Shown piece by piece: positions 1 through 9,744 of a stretch of 64,000 nt of DNA. How positions within the stretch are numbered: position 1 is the stretch's first letter; each line of letters opens with the position of its first letter. Position numbers and translations under genes: made by a program. Source of the stretch: an uncultured Actinomycetota bacterium. GTDB taxonomy: Bacteria; Actinomycetota; Actinomycetes; Mycobacteriales; Mycobacteriaceae. The notes under the pieces were generated by a model, which was not told the DNA's origin, did no database searches, and saw only the letters and a list, made by a program, of their open reading frames with translations. The stretch is from contig CAVQIO010000005.1 of NCBI GenBank assembly GCA_963712615.1, positions 924-64,923 on the forward strand, in the 5' to 3' direction.

Positions 1-1122
1 AATGATTGAAGGTGATCGCGTGATTCTTCGACAGACCGACCAAAGTCACTCGAGCAAAGGAATCAACGCGATGACCACTGCCCACAATATCGACCTGCCT
101 GCCGCGCTGGCCGAACGACTCACCACCACCCACCCCGACGTGCTGCGCGAACTGTTGTCGACGTTCATCCACACCCTGATGGGTGCGGAGGCCGACGCCC
201 TGTGCGGCGCCGGATACGGTGAACGCAGTAGCGAGCGCATCAATCAGCGAAACGGCTACCGGCATCGCCAATTCGTACCCGCACAGGATCATTGGATCTG
301 GCGATTCCCAAGCTACGGCAGGGTTGCTACTTCCCGGACTGGCTGCTGGAACGCCGCAAACGCGCCGAGCGGGCCCTGACCACCGTGGTCGCTACCTGCT
401 ACCTACTCGGGGTGTCTACCCGGCGGATGGACAAGCTCGTCGAGACGTTGGGCATCACCAGCTTGTCGAAGTCTCAAGTCAGCGTGATGGCCAAGGAGCT
501 CGACGTCGCGGTCGAGGCGTTCCGGAGCCGGCCGCTGGACGCCGGCCCGTACACGTTCGTCGCCGCCGACGCCCTGGTGCTCAAGGTCCGCGAAGCCGGG
601 CGGGTGGTCAACGTGCACGCCCTGATCGCGGTCGGGGTCAACGCCGAGGGATACCGCGAAATCCTGGGCATCGACGTCAGCACCGCTGAGGACGGCGCCG
701 GGTGGTTGGCGCTCTGGCGGTCGCTGACGGCCCGGGGCCTGTCCGGGGTACGGCTGGTCACCTCCGACGCGCACGCCGGGCTGGTGGCTGCGCTAGGCGC
801 GACTCTGCCCGGAGCTACCTGGCAGCGGTGCAGAACCCACTACACGACCAACCTGATGGCGAAGACTCCCAAGAGTTCGTGGCCGTGGGTGCGTACCCTG
901 TTGCATTCGGTGTTCGACCAACCCGATGCGGAATCGGGTGCTGCTCAACATGATCGGATCACCGACGCACTATCGGACAAGCTCCCCAAGGTCGCCGATC
1001 ACCGAGAGGCGGCCCGACCGGATCTGCTGGCGTTCACCAACTTCCCCAAGCAGATCTGGCGCCAGATCTGGTCGAACAACCCCCAGGAACGGCCTCAACA
1101 AGGAGATCCGCCGCCGCACCGA
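1..1122 (+). mobile_element. IS256-family (IS1081-like) element, copy A; 5' tip off-window, 3' ~270 bp missing
   Basis: nt 1-1122 match the reverse complement of ~32469-33589 (copy B) with only scattered substitutions. Identity ends abruptly at 1122/1123 (ccgccgcaccga|atctatgt vs ccgccgcaccga|cgtcgtcg). Confidence 0.85.
71..1122 (+). pseudogene. IS256-family transposase, inactivated (1-nt deletion near 275, 1-nt insertion near 1091, 3' truncation)
   Basis: MTTAHNIDLP...NGYRHRQF, then the frame changes to RTRTGSLDLAIPKLRQGCYFPDWLLERRKRAE..., an IS1081-type motif series. After SNNPQER an extra g shifts the frame and homology stops. Confidence 0.85.
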
Positions 1123-1309
1123 ATCTATGTGCGCACCGATCGGACCTGTCCGTCTCTGCGCCCGACCACTGCAGGCCGCAATCGCACGCCTGTCCTCCAT
1201 TGCCTCTGGTGCACGCGGTGTACTTGCGCGGGACTGAAGAGTAGCGCCGGGCCCGCCTGATTCGCTGCGACCTTTCGTGCACACGGCCCCCGCGGAGTAG
1301 CGTACCGAC

Positions 1310-1978
1310 GTGAGAGTTTTGCTCGTTGAGGATGAGCCACGATTGTCGGCGACGGTATCACTGGGTTTGAAGGCCGAGGGCTTCGTCGTGGTCTCCGTCG
1401 ACACGGGCGTGGAGGGCCTGCGCGAGGCGATCGAGAACGCCTTTGACGTTGTCGTGCTCGACATTATGCTCCCGGGCCACAGCGGATATGAGGTGCTGCG
1501 TCGAATGCGGGCGCAAGGCGTGTGGACTCCGGTACTCATGCTGACTGCAAAGGACGGCGAGTACGACCAGACTGATGCGTTCGATCTCGGCGCGGATGAC
1601 TATCTGACGAAACCGTTTTCGTTTCGGGTGCTCGTGGCGCGCCTGCGCGCGTTGGTGCGTCGCAGCGCACCAGAGCGACCAGTTGTATTGACCGCTGGGT
1701 CGCTGTCACTGGATCCTGCTCGGCACACGGTCCAACGGGGTTCGACCCCGATCACTTTGACTCCTCGCGAGTATGGGCTGCTCGAGTTTCTGATGCGCAA
1801 CAAGGACATGGTGGTGACGAAGGCCGAGATATTGCGCAATGTGTGGGATGCGCACTATCAGGGCCCGGACAACGTTGTTGAGGTCTACATGGGGTATGTG
1901 CGCCGCAAGATCGACGTCCCCTTCGGTACCAACACCATTGAGACGATCCGAGGCGTCGGCTACCGATTGCTCTGTTGA
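1310..1978 (+). CDS. OmpR/PhoB-family response regulator
   Basis: 222 aa. Receiver domain MRVLLVEDE...VVVLDIMLPG...LMLTAKD, followed by a winged-helix output ending GVGYRLL. Confidence 0.9.
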   Translation: MRVLLVEDEPRLSATVSLGLKAEGFVVVSVDTGVEGLREAIENAFDVVVLDIMLPGHSGYEVLRRMRAQGVWTPVLMLTAKDGEYDQTDAFDLGADDYLTKPFSFRVLVARLRALVRRSAPERPVVLTAGSLSLDPARHTVQRGSTPITLTPREYGLLEFLMRNKDMVVTKAEILRNVWDAHYQGPDNVVEVYMGYVRRKIDVPFGTNTIETIRGVGYRLLC

Positions 1979-3366
1979 GGCAACGACACGATTATCGTGG
2001 TGCCGCCGCCGCAGCGGTCGTCAACATTGACGCTACCGTCGTGCGCGGCGGCGACCTCGGCGACGATCGCTAGGCCCAGGCCGGTTCCTCCACCACTGCG
2101 GGCGCGGCTTGAGTCTAGGCGCACGAACCGTTCGAAGACCCTGGCGCGGTCGGCTGGGGCGATGCCTGGGCCGTCATCGCTGACCATGAGGATAACTTCA
2201 TTGCCTCGACTGCTAACCGCGATATCGACACGAGATTTCGCATAATGGGCAGCGTTATCCACGAGGTTGCGTATCACCCGCGAGACGGCCGTGCGGTCGC
2301 CGACGATACGCGCCGCAGAGATTGCGGTGTGGATGTTGCAGCCGTCGCGCCGCACGCGAGCAGCCTCCGCTCTGGCGAGTTGATCGAGCGGCACCTCCTC
2401 TTTGCGCACCATGAGGCTTTGTTCATCGGCTCGGGCCAGCTGGAGCAGATCCTCGATCAGCACCCGCATCCGCTGGGCCTCGGGAAGCAGTATGTCCACG
2501 GCCAACTCCGCATTAAGCAGTTCTGGATGTGCTTCGGCGACTTCCAAACCGGAGATGATGGTGGCCAGCGGACTGCGCAGTTCGTGCGAGGCGTCGCTGA
2601 GAAACTGCCGTTGCGCTCGGTGGCCGGCTTCGAGGCGCGCCAGCATTTCGTTCATAGTGACTGCAAGGGCTGCGATTTCGTCACGGCGGGTGGACACTGG
2701 TACCCGCTCGGCCAAGTCGGAGGTTGAGATTTCAGCCACCCTGCTGCGGATGGCGTCCACCGATTGCAGTGACCGGCGGACCAGCCGGTAGGTGGCAGTT
2801 GCTGCTACCCCGACGATGACCGGGGCGCCGCCAGCCACCAGCAGCGCAACGATGCGTGCAGTAGACTCGACCGCCTCGCTGCCTCCGCCGACGAGCACTG
2901 TGTACTCACCGGATCCAGTGTTGACCCTTTGGCCGCTCACACGCATATCGTCGTTGGGCACAGCATCGTCTGGCATGCCGCGGCGCAAGTTGGAGTCAAA
3001 CTCACTGATAGGTACTAGAGGTGTCGCAAGCGCGGCCCCGGCTCGCTGCACCACCTTGCCGTCAGGGGCTATCAATTGGACTGCGACCACGCGCTGGTTG
3101 GTGGTGAGAAGCGCGCTATCGAGATTGTCGGGCGAATCCGAATGCAGGGCGTTAACAATGGTGCGAACTCTGCCCGCGCTGGCATCGTCGATACCGGCTA
3201 TCGACGACCGATATAAAGTCAGGTCAAAGGCCGCCCCCGCGAGAGTAAGTGCGACGAGCACGACTACCGCTGAGATCGCGGCCGAGCGAGCGGAGATACC
3301 CAAACTGGGCAGCCGCAGCCGATGCACGAGCTCACTTCGTCCCCGCAGCCAACAAGACACCCACAT
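1960..3366 (-). CDS. Sensor histidine kinase (start uncertain)
   Basis: H-box SHELRSPLATI, N/G boxes DNAAHYA...DDGPGI...GGTGLGLAIV, N-terminal TM segment and HAMP-like region. The 3' end overlaps the regulator 3' end by 19 nt. Confidence 0.85.
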   Translation of the reverse strand: MWVSCWLRGRSELVHRLRLPSLGISARSAAISAVVVLVALTLAGAAFDLTLYRSSIAGIDDASAGRVRTIVNALHSDSPDNLDSALLTTNQRVVAVQLIAPDGKVVQRAGAALATPLVPISEFDSNLRRGMPDDAVPNDDMRVSGQRVNTGSGEYTVLVGGGSEAVESTARIVALLVAGGAPVIVGVAATATYRLVRRSLQSVDAIRSRVAEISTSDLAERVPVSTRRDEIAALAVTMNEMLARLEAGHRAQRQFLSDASHELRSPLATIISGLEVAEAHPELLNAELAVDILLPEAQRMRVLIEDLLQLARADEQSLMVRKEEVPLDQLARAEAARVRRDGCNIHTAISAARIVGDRTAVSRVIRNLVDNAAHYAKSRVDIAVSSRGNEVILMVSDDGPGIAPADRARVFERFVRLDSSRARSGGGTGLGLAIVAEVAAAHDGSVNVDDRCGGGTTIIVSLPQQSNR

Positions 3367-3557
3367 AGTCTGATTGTGCAGGGCCACCGTCGCCTGAGAA
3401 CGGCGAGGCTGGCGTCTTGCCCGCACTGGGCACCGCAGCCCATCCCGTCCTCAGCGGCTTCTCAGCGACCCGCTCGTACCGTGGCGATCCATGTAGGCAA
3501 GCCAGATTGATTGTGCACAGACACCTAACGGCAATCCGGAGTACGAGCAGGGGAGAG

Positions 3558-4292
3558 ATGTTGACCCACCAAACCGACGCGGACCGCCAACCCATCGCGT
3601 ACGGACCGACCTCTGATGACGACACGGAGCGCTTAGCCGAGTCCGACGGCGTGCTGAGCAAGCCGCGGCTGCGCGGATGGATCCATCTTTATTGCGCCTT
3701 CGCGGCCCTCATAGCCGGATCAGCACTGGTAGCGGTGTCTTGGTCAGTGGCGTCGAAACAAGCGGGCTACGCAAGTTTGGCCTACACGCTGGCGCTCGTC
3801 GCGATGTTTACCGTTAGCGCAACCTATCACCGTGTCCATTGGGATTCCGTGGCCGCCAGAATTTGGATGAGACGGCTGGACCACTCGATGATCTTTGTCG
3901 TCATCGCTGGCACCTTTACCCCGTTCGCCAGCCTGGACATGTCACCTTCCACCGGGCACGTGGCGCTCGCAATCGTGTGGGGTGGGGCACTGGCCGGAAT
4001 TGCGCTGACGTTGTTCTGGCCTGACGCACCGCGCTGGCTGGGCGTGGCGCTCTATCTGCTGTTGGGTTGGGTAGCGCTGTGGTACACCGGGGTAATCCTG
4101 CACAACGCCGGCGTGGCCGCGGCGGTACTACTCGCTGTTGGCGGCGCACTTTACAGCCTCGGTGCGGTCTTCTACGCACTGCGCCGGCCTGACCCGTGGC
4201 CGTCGACATTCGGCTATCACGAGATATTTCACGCGTGTACTGCGCTCGCAGCGATTTGTCAGTTTGTGGCGGTCTGCATCGCGGTGTTGTGA
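3558..4292 (+). CDS. Hemolysin III / PAQR-family membrane protein
   Basis: ATG at 3558 behind gggagag. Contains [11 protein letters not shown]...SATYHRVHW...[11 protein letters not shown]...GYHEIFH, the typical HlyIII motifs, and 7 predicted TM segments. Confidence 0.85.
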   Translation: MLTHQTDADRQPIAYGPTSDDDTERLAESDGVLSKPRLRGWIHLYCAFAALIAGSALVAVSWSVASKQAGYASLAYTLALVAMFTVSATYHRVHWDSVAARIWMRRLDHSMIFVVIAGTFTPFASLDMSPSTGHVALAIVWGGALAGIALTLFWPDAPRWLGVALYLLLGWVALWYTGVILHNAGVAAAVLLAVGGALYSLGAVFYALRRPDPWPSTFGYHEIFHACTALAAICQFVAVCIAVL

Positions 4293-4725
4293 GACAAGCG
4301 CTTTCTCAGCGGCACTTGTAAGCTGGCGCTGCCATGTGTACGTCGGATCCTCACACCTCTCGGGGCAGGAGTCGTGGAATCGGCCGCCGCTGACCGTGTT
4401 TCGTGCGGCGACACTTGCCGCGAGTGAGGTTTTCGCGCAGACTCCATCGAGCCGGCGGTCGAAAATGGCGTGAGTCTGTTCAGCGTCCTGGGCGACGTGC
4501 TTGCGCGATGGCTCGGCCGCGCGCCGCTGATCGCAGCGTCGTACGGGTACATCGTCCGTCCAGTGATCCCCGCGTAGTCATGGAGGTCGTTTCAGAAAAA
4601 TGGTGCGCTCACGGTCCGACGAGCGGATCGAGAAGCATAACTTCCTGCTCAGGGGCCGAACGCCTCCCTAGCTGCGCGCTCGATGATGTGCCGGCACTGG
4701 TGCGGTTCTGAAGAACTGCCGGCCG

Positions 4726-7587
4726 CTAGGTTCCCAACAGCAGTGCTGCTGCCACGGCCCCTGCGCACACTGCTGATGCGATCGAAAGTGCCGCCCAGTC
4801 AGCCCGCTTCGGCCGCGACTGGACCGCCGAAATCTGACCGGTGCCACCGCGGGCGGTGATCGCATCGCCCATCTCGTCGGCCCGTCGCAGTGTGACAGTG
4901 ATGACCGCGACCATTAGGTCGATCACCTCTGTCCCCAGTTGCCTGAGACGCGCTCTGCGGGTGGGCAGTTTCTCTCTGGGCCGTAACCGGCGAGCGGCGT
5001 GAAGCACCCGGAATTCGTCGATCAGCATCGGAAAGGTGCGCAGTGCCAGCGCCACTGCCACCGACCAGTCGTCGACCGGGATGTGCAGTCGTCGCAGTCG
5101 GCGACCCAAAGTGGCTAAGGCAGGCGCGATTTCGGCGACGTTGGTCGTCCATGATACGAGCGCGCCCATCCCGAGCAACACGACTGACAGCGCGGTAAAA
5201 CGCAGGAATTCCAAAAGGGCGCCGAGTCCGAGCGTGACGCCGCCGGCATGGATCTGCGGGCTGCCACCGGCGAGTGCCGCAGTTGTACCGGCGATGACCA
5301 GCATGATCCACAGCCATCGCGGTGCCGACGGCAGCGCGCCGCGGGGAATATGGGCGGCCCACGCTCCCGCCAGCACCAACAGGCCCATTAGTCCGATCGC
5401 CACCCATCCCGGGTACAGCGTTAACAGTATCGAAATACCAAAAGCAACAAGCAGTTTGGTGCCGGCCCACAGATCGTGGATCGCCGAGTACCCAGGTACC
5501 GGGCGCAGCAGTACAACGGGCCGACGCGCCCGGTGGCTTGGGCGTTCCCCCAGCGGAGTCGGCGCCAACTCATTCCTTTGGACCGAAACCGGCCCGGGTT
5601 CCAGCAGACCGTCGCGCAGGTGCAGGATGCGCGGGCACAGCTCCTCTAGCCCAGTGAAGTCGTGCGAAATGACCACGACGGTCAGACCGGTCTCACGGCG
5701 CCGGTCCGCGAGCAGGCGCACGAGACCGCGCTGGCTGGCGGCGTCTAGTCCCGCCAACGGCTCATCGAGGATCAATACGCGCGGTGTTCGCGCCAGCAAT
5801 CCGGCCAGGACCACGCGTCGCATTTGACCGCCGCTGAGCTGGTCGATGGGCCGGTTCGCCAATGCGGCATCCAGGCCGACAGCGGCCAGCGCTGCGGTCA
5901 CCCGGGTGTTGCCGTCAGGCGAAAACCCGCCCGCGGAAGCAACTTCCAGGTCGACGCGGCTGCGCATCAATTGCAACCGGGCTGCCTGGAACTGGAGCGC
6001 TACGACGCCGAGTTGCTCGGAGACCGGCCGCTCGTCGAGCCGACAGGTGCCGGTGGTGGGTACCATCAACCCGGCCATGATCCACGCCAGCGTGGACTTT
6101 CCGGAGCCATTTCCGCCGTGAATCAGAAGCCCGTCACCCTCGTGCACCACGAAGCTAATATCGCGAAGCGCGGTCTGCGACCAAGGGGTGCCACTGCCGT
6201 ATTCGTGGCCGACGCCTGCGAGTTCGAGGACCGGCGGGTGAGCTTGTTGGCCGACCGCGCCCGTCGATGCAGGCGCGGGTGCCGTCTGGACCATAGCGGT
6301 GTTGTCCAGCGAGTCGCTGAGATTGATCGTGCGGTCGGCATAATCAGCCTCGTTGTGGTAATGGGTGATGTGCACCAGAGCGGTTTGGTGGCGGTCGCGC
6401 AGACCGGACAGCACGGCCAGCAACGCGTCCCGGCCCTGCTGGTCGACCATGCTGGTGACCTCGTCGGCGATGAGCAGCGCCGGTTCCCGCGCCAGCGCCG
6501 CGGCCACCGCAAGGCGTTGCAGCTCACCGCCGGACAGGCTGCCGGTGTCGCGTTCGGCCAGGCCGGCCAGCCCGACTTCACTGAGTAGCCGGTTGACATC
6601 GGTGGTCTTGTCCGAAGGCAGTCCCCAGACCACGTCGTCGGCGACCCGCGTTCCCAGCACCTGGCTTTCCGGGTGCTGCATGATGACGGCGGTGCCACCG
6701 AGTTGACCGAGACCCACCGCTCCAAGGCGTTGGACCGTGCCGGAGGTTGGCTCGCGTCCGGCCAGAATCAGCATCAGCGTGGTTTTCCCAGAGCCGTTGG
6801 CACCAGTGACCGCCACGTGTTCGGCTGGCCACACATCCAGGCTGACCGCACGCAGCCCGTCGTGGTCGGTGTGCGGATAGCGGAGGCGAACCTCGTGCAG
6901 CCGCACGGGGACCGGCTGGATCGCCCGGCCGCTGGCCAATGCGTCCAGTTTGTGCACATCGGGAATGCCGCCCAGCCGCTTCAGCACGCGCGAGAGTGCC
7001 CACCAACCGATCAGCGAGGCGGCCATAATTACGACAATGGCGAATCCGAGGACCAGCAACTGCCAGAAATCCAACGCCTCGGCGAACATCCGCTTGAGGT
7101 CCTGCGCGACCGGCTGCAGGTGCGGCACCCACGCCAGGACTGTCACCACTCCGTTCGCGGCGGCGGTGACGGCGTGGAACATCAGCTGCCGGAGGGGCGC
7201 CAGGACCGTCAACCCGATGACTACCGCGGCGCCGACGGCCACGCCGGCGCCAAGAGATACCGCGACCACTGTCGGTGTGCGGTGGCCGCGGCGTTTCACG
7301 GTTCCAGCCAGCCCACCGACATAGGCGCACAGCCCGACCGCGCCAAAGCCGCTAAAGCCGACTACCAGGAATCCGATCACAGCGGCGGCGACCGTCGCAG
7401 TGATCAGCACGCGGATCCGATACCGATAGGCCAGCAGCCCCATCGGCACGGCGCCCAGCAGACCTAGCCCACCTACGTGCGGGAGCATGACTGCAATAAT
7501 CGCCATCGCCGCGCAGAGAGCACCCATTACCGATGCCTGCGCCAGTTCGCTGGGTTGTAGCGATCGACCCTGATCATGCCCGCTCAT
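4726..7587 (-). CDS. ECF-type ABC transporter fused in one polypeptide (N-terminal TM module + two ATPase domains + EcfT/CbiQ-like module); start uncertain
   Basis: Walker [10 protein letters not shown] and GGNGSGKST, signatures LSGGELQR and LSGGQMRR. The C-terminal ~270 aa are CbiQ-like ([14 protein letters not shown]...). Resembles Rv2326c+Rv2325c joined. Confidence 0.8.
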   Translation of the reverse strand: MSGHDQGRSLQPSELAQASVMGALCAAMAIIAVMLPHVGGLGLLGAVPMGLLAYRYRIRVLITATVAAAVIGFLVVGFSGFGAVGLCAYVGGLAGTVKRRGHRTPTVVAVSLGAGVAVGAAVVIGLTVLAPLRQLMFHAVTAAANGVVTVLAWVPHLQPVAQDLKRMFAEALDFWQLLVLGFAIVVIMAASLIGWWALSRVLKRLGGIPDVHKLDALASGRAIQPVPVRLHEVRLRYPHTDHDGLRAVSLDVWPAEHVAVTGANGSGKTTLMLILAGREPTSGTVQRLGAVGLGQLGGTAVIMQHPESQVLGTRVADDVVWGLPSDKTTDVNRLLSEVGLAGLAERDTGSLSGGELQRLAVAAALAREPALLIADEVTSMVDQQGRDALLAVLSGLRDRHQTALVHITHYHNEADYADRTINLSDSLDNTAMVQTAPAPASTGAVGQQAHPPVLELAGVGHEYGSGTPWSQTALRDISFVVHEGDGLLIHGGNGSGKSTLAWIMAGLMVPTTGTCRLDERPVSEQLGVVALQFQAARLQLMRSRVDLEVASAGGFSPDGNTRVTAALAAVGLDAALANRPIDQLSGGQMRRVVLAGLLARTPRVLILDEPLAGLDAASQRGLVRLLADRRRETGLTVVVISHDFTGLEELCPRILHLRDGLLEPGPVSVQRNELAPTPLGERPSHRARRPVVLLRPVPGYSAIHDLWAGTKLLVAFGISILLTLYPGWVAIGLMGLLVLAGAWAAHIPRGALPSAPRWLWIMLVIAGTTAALAGGSPQIHAGGVTLGLGALLEFLRFTALSVVLLGMGALVSWTTNVAEIAPALATLGRRLRRLHIPVDDWSVAVALALRTFPMLIDEFRVLHAARRLRPREKLPTRRARLRQLGTEVIDLMVAVITVTLRRADEMGDAITARGGTGQISAVQSRPKRADWAALSIASAVCAGAVAAALLLGT

Positions 7588-7801
7588 CGATAGCGTGTGA
7601 CAGTCGTCGGCATCATGCCGCTGATGCATCCAAACCATTTGCCGTTTCATCTCATTGAGCCCACGACGCGTATGGCCGGTAGGCGAAAGCAACGTGTCGT
7701 GAACATGGGAGCGCCAGCGTATTAACGGTCCGCTGAGAAGTCACTGAGAAGGCCGCTGAGCTCGACGTCCCCAGACGCAGCCCGCATCTGGACTGCCATC
7801 T

Positions 7802-7915
7802 TCAAGGCGGAGGCCATCACAACCCATTGTCGGGTTGCAGCCACTCAGTCTCAGGCAAACCGGGGTTGAGCACACAGACCGCAGCCGGATTACCAGTGAA
7901 GGGTCCCCGCCTCAA
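7802..7915 (-). other. Candidate structured RNA domain in the transporter 5' leader (possible riboswitch; class unresolved)
   Basis: On the minus-strand transcript UUGAGGCGG (7915-7907) pairs with CCGCCUUGA (7810-7802). Two of the pairs are G-U, so they form only on this strand. Inner hairpin CAACCC-GACAAU-GGGUUG (7837-7820). Confidence 0.3.
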
Positions 7916-8061
7916 GGTTTGGGTATCGCAGCACCGCATCCGAGCGTAGTTAGCACCTAATCGACCTAGCGTGCGAACCCCACTGGCACATTCTTGGCAC
8001 GACGGGGGTTTTACCGCCGAGCCCGATTGACGCCACCTAGGTGAGTGAGCTGCACGAATAT

Positions 8062-8136
8062 TGGTGGGCGCGGACGGTATCGAACCGCCGACCGCTGGTG
8101 TGTAAAACCAGAGCTCTACCACTGAGCTACGCGCCC
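8062..8136 (-). tRNA. tRNA-Val (anticodon TAC), CCA encoded
   Basis: The reverse complement folds as a cloverleaf: acceptor [15 protein letters not shown] arm GCTC-AGTGGTA-GAGC, anticodon stem CTGGT/ACCAG with loop TTTACAC, T loop TTCGATA. Confidence 0.95.
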
Positions 8137-8182
8137 TATGCCGGAGGCAGGTTACACGCCTGCAGGCCAAGCACTCAAAACG

Positions 8183-8644
8183 TCAGGTCCGCAAAGCCGC
8201 CAGCGCATCGGTCCACAAATGCTGATCGCGCGCTTCGCCGGGCTCTTTCATCTCGGCGAATTGGATGATCCCGGTGCGGTCGACGACGAAGGTGCCGCGA
8301 TTGGAATAGCCGGCCTGGTCGTTGAACACGCCATAGGCCTGGCTGACCTCGCCGTGCGGCCAGAAATCCGACAGCACCGGAAACGTGAACCCGCTCTCGA
8401 TGGCCCAAATCTTGTGCGTGGGCGGCGGCCCTACCGAGATCGCCAGCGCCACGCTGTCGTCGTTGTCGAATTCAGGCAGGTGATCGCGCAGCCGGTCCAG
8501 CTCACCCTGGCAGATCCCGGTGAACGCCAACGGGAAAAACACCAGCAGAACGTTCTTGTCGCCGCGGTAACTGCTCAGGGTGACGCGCTGCTGGTTCTGG
8601 TCGCGCAGAGTGAAATCCGGTGCCGTCGTCCCGACGGGCAGCAT
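8183..8644 (-). CDS. ahpE: 1-Cys peroxiredoxin AhpE
   Basis: 153 aa starting MLPVGTTAPDFTLRDQNQQ...FFPLAFTGICQGEL; near-identical pattern to Mtb Rv2238c as I recall it. The start overlaps the upstream stop (TAATG). Confidence 0.9.
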   Translation of the reverse strand: MLPVGTTAPDFTLRDQNQQRVTLSSYRGDKNVLLVFFPLAFTGICQGELDRLRDHLPEFDNDDSVALAISVGPPPTHKIWAIESGFTFPVLSDFWPHGEVSQAYGVFNDQAGYSNRGTFVVDRTGIIQFAEMKEPGEARDQHLWTDALAALRT

Positions 8645-9066
8645 TAACGCTTCCCGGCGCGCGACTTCGGTTGCACCAACCGGCTGGCGCTCCAATCACC
8701 CAGGCTGACCGACGAGGTCGGCATCAGGCCGGCGGTCGGAGCCGCCTCGGCGATCTCGGCAGGCAGCACGTGGCCAGGTTTGCCGGTCTTGGGTGTCAAC
8801 ACCCAGATCACGCCATCCTCGGCCAGCGGCGTGATGGCGTCCATCAGGGTGTCCACCAGATCGCCATCGCCATCTCGCCACCACAGCAGCACGACGTCGA
8901 CCACCTCGTCGGTGTCTTCATCGAGTAACTCGGAGCCACAGGCTTCCTCGACCGCACCGCGGATGTTGTCGTCGGTGTCTTCGTCCCAGCCCCACTCCTG
9001 GACAACCTGGTCTCGTTGGACGCCCAGTTTGCGAGCATAGTTCGGGGCGTCGTCCGCCTCGACCAC
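8644..9066 (-). CDS. DUF3052-family protein (Rv2239c-like)
   Basis: 140 aa acidic protein directly upstream of ahpE in the same order as Mtb; translationally coupled to ahpE. Confidence 0.75.
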   Translation of the reverse strand: MVEADDAPNYARKLGVQRDQVVQEWGWDEDTDDNIRGAVEEACGSELLDEDTDEVVDVVLLWWRDGDGDLVDTLMDAITPLAEDGVIWVLTPKTGKPGHVLPAEIAEAAPTAGLMPTSSVSLGDWSASRLVQPKSRAGKR

Positions 9067-9153
9067 CGTGAAGCCTCCTTACACCACAACAACCCTGCAC
9101 GCCATGCGACGGGGATTATCGTCGCACAGCCAGAACCTGGTCCACACGCCGCC

Positions 9154-9744
9154 TCAAAAGGACGACAGGCAGAGTTTCAGCGCCTTGGTCTTGGTGTCGT
9201 TGAGCTGATCGACCCGTCGGTTGAATTCGCCGGTCGCCGCGTGGGTGCCGATCGCGTTCGCCACCCCGTGAGCCGCGTCGATATAGGCGTTGAACGCGTC
9301 CTTCAGCTGCGACGACAGCGCATCGCTGAAACTATTGCTCACCGTCGACGCGCTGTTGTTGAGCGCAGCGACGGCCGGGCCCTCGAGCGGCCCGGTGCCG
9401 CGGCCCCCGTTGAACGCACCCACGAAGGCGTTCACCTTGTCGATTGCGTCCTTGCTGGTGGTGGCCAGCGAGTCGCACGAGCTGCGCACCGCCTTGGTCG
9501 TCAGCGACTGTTGCCGCTGGGACTCCCGGACGCTCGACGTCGCTACCGAGGCAGACACCGACGACGACACCGACTGCCGGTAGGCCGGGGCCATCTTCGT
9601 ATCGGGCGTAGCTGTGCCGTTGGTGACGGTGGTACACCCCACGATGCCCATCAGCAGGGTCGCGATGCAGCCGAGCGCCAGCACGCCACGCTTGGCGAAC
9701 TCTCCCCCATGCGTGCGAGGGACGACTTTCCATCCGATGAGCAC
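9154..9744 (-). CDS. Putative lipoprotein (Rv2240c-like); GTG start inferred
   Basis: Signal peptide with lipobox LMGIVGC, then a Ser/Ala-rich helical domain. The longer ORF-track start (10161) would overlap aceE and is rejected. Confidence 0.6.
   Translation of the reverse strand: MLIGWKVVPRTHGGEFAKRGVLALGCIATLLMGIVGCTTVTNGTATPDTKMAPAYRQSVSSSVSASVATSSVRESQRQQSLTTKAVRSSCDSLATTSKDAIDKVNAFVGAFNGGRGTGPLEGPAVAALNNSASTVSNSFSDALSSQLKDAFNAYIDAAHGVANAIGTHAATGEFNRRVDQLNDTKTKALKLCLSSF

Noticed and set aside
1200-1230. gcggtgtac motif resembling the IS1081-like terminal repeat downstream of truncated copy A
   Set aside because: Only a 7-nt match (ggtgtac), and in the wrong orientation for the missing 3' end. 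Most likely chance.
7802-7915. Definite cobalamin riboswitch call
   Set aside because: Only one short segment resembles the B12 aptamer core. I could not locate a B12 box or the full multi-helix architecture, so it is reported only as an unclassified structured leader.
1123-8061. Direct repeat of the tRNA-Val 3' end (att site) delimiting an island
   Set aside because: I looked for ggtatcgaaccg-like strings by eye and found none. The island hypothesis stays an inference and no att feature is reported.
7817-8170. 117-aa ORF on the minus strand
   Set aside because: It runs straight through the tRNA-Val gene and the structured leader and has no protein-like motifs. It is a typical GC-rich shadow frame.
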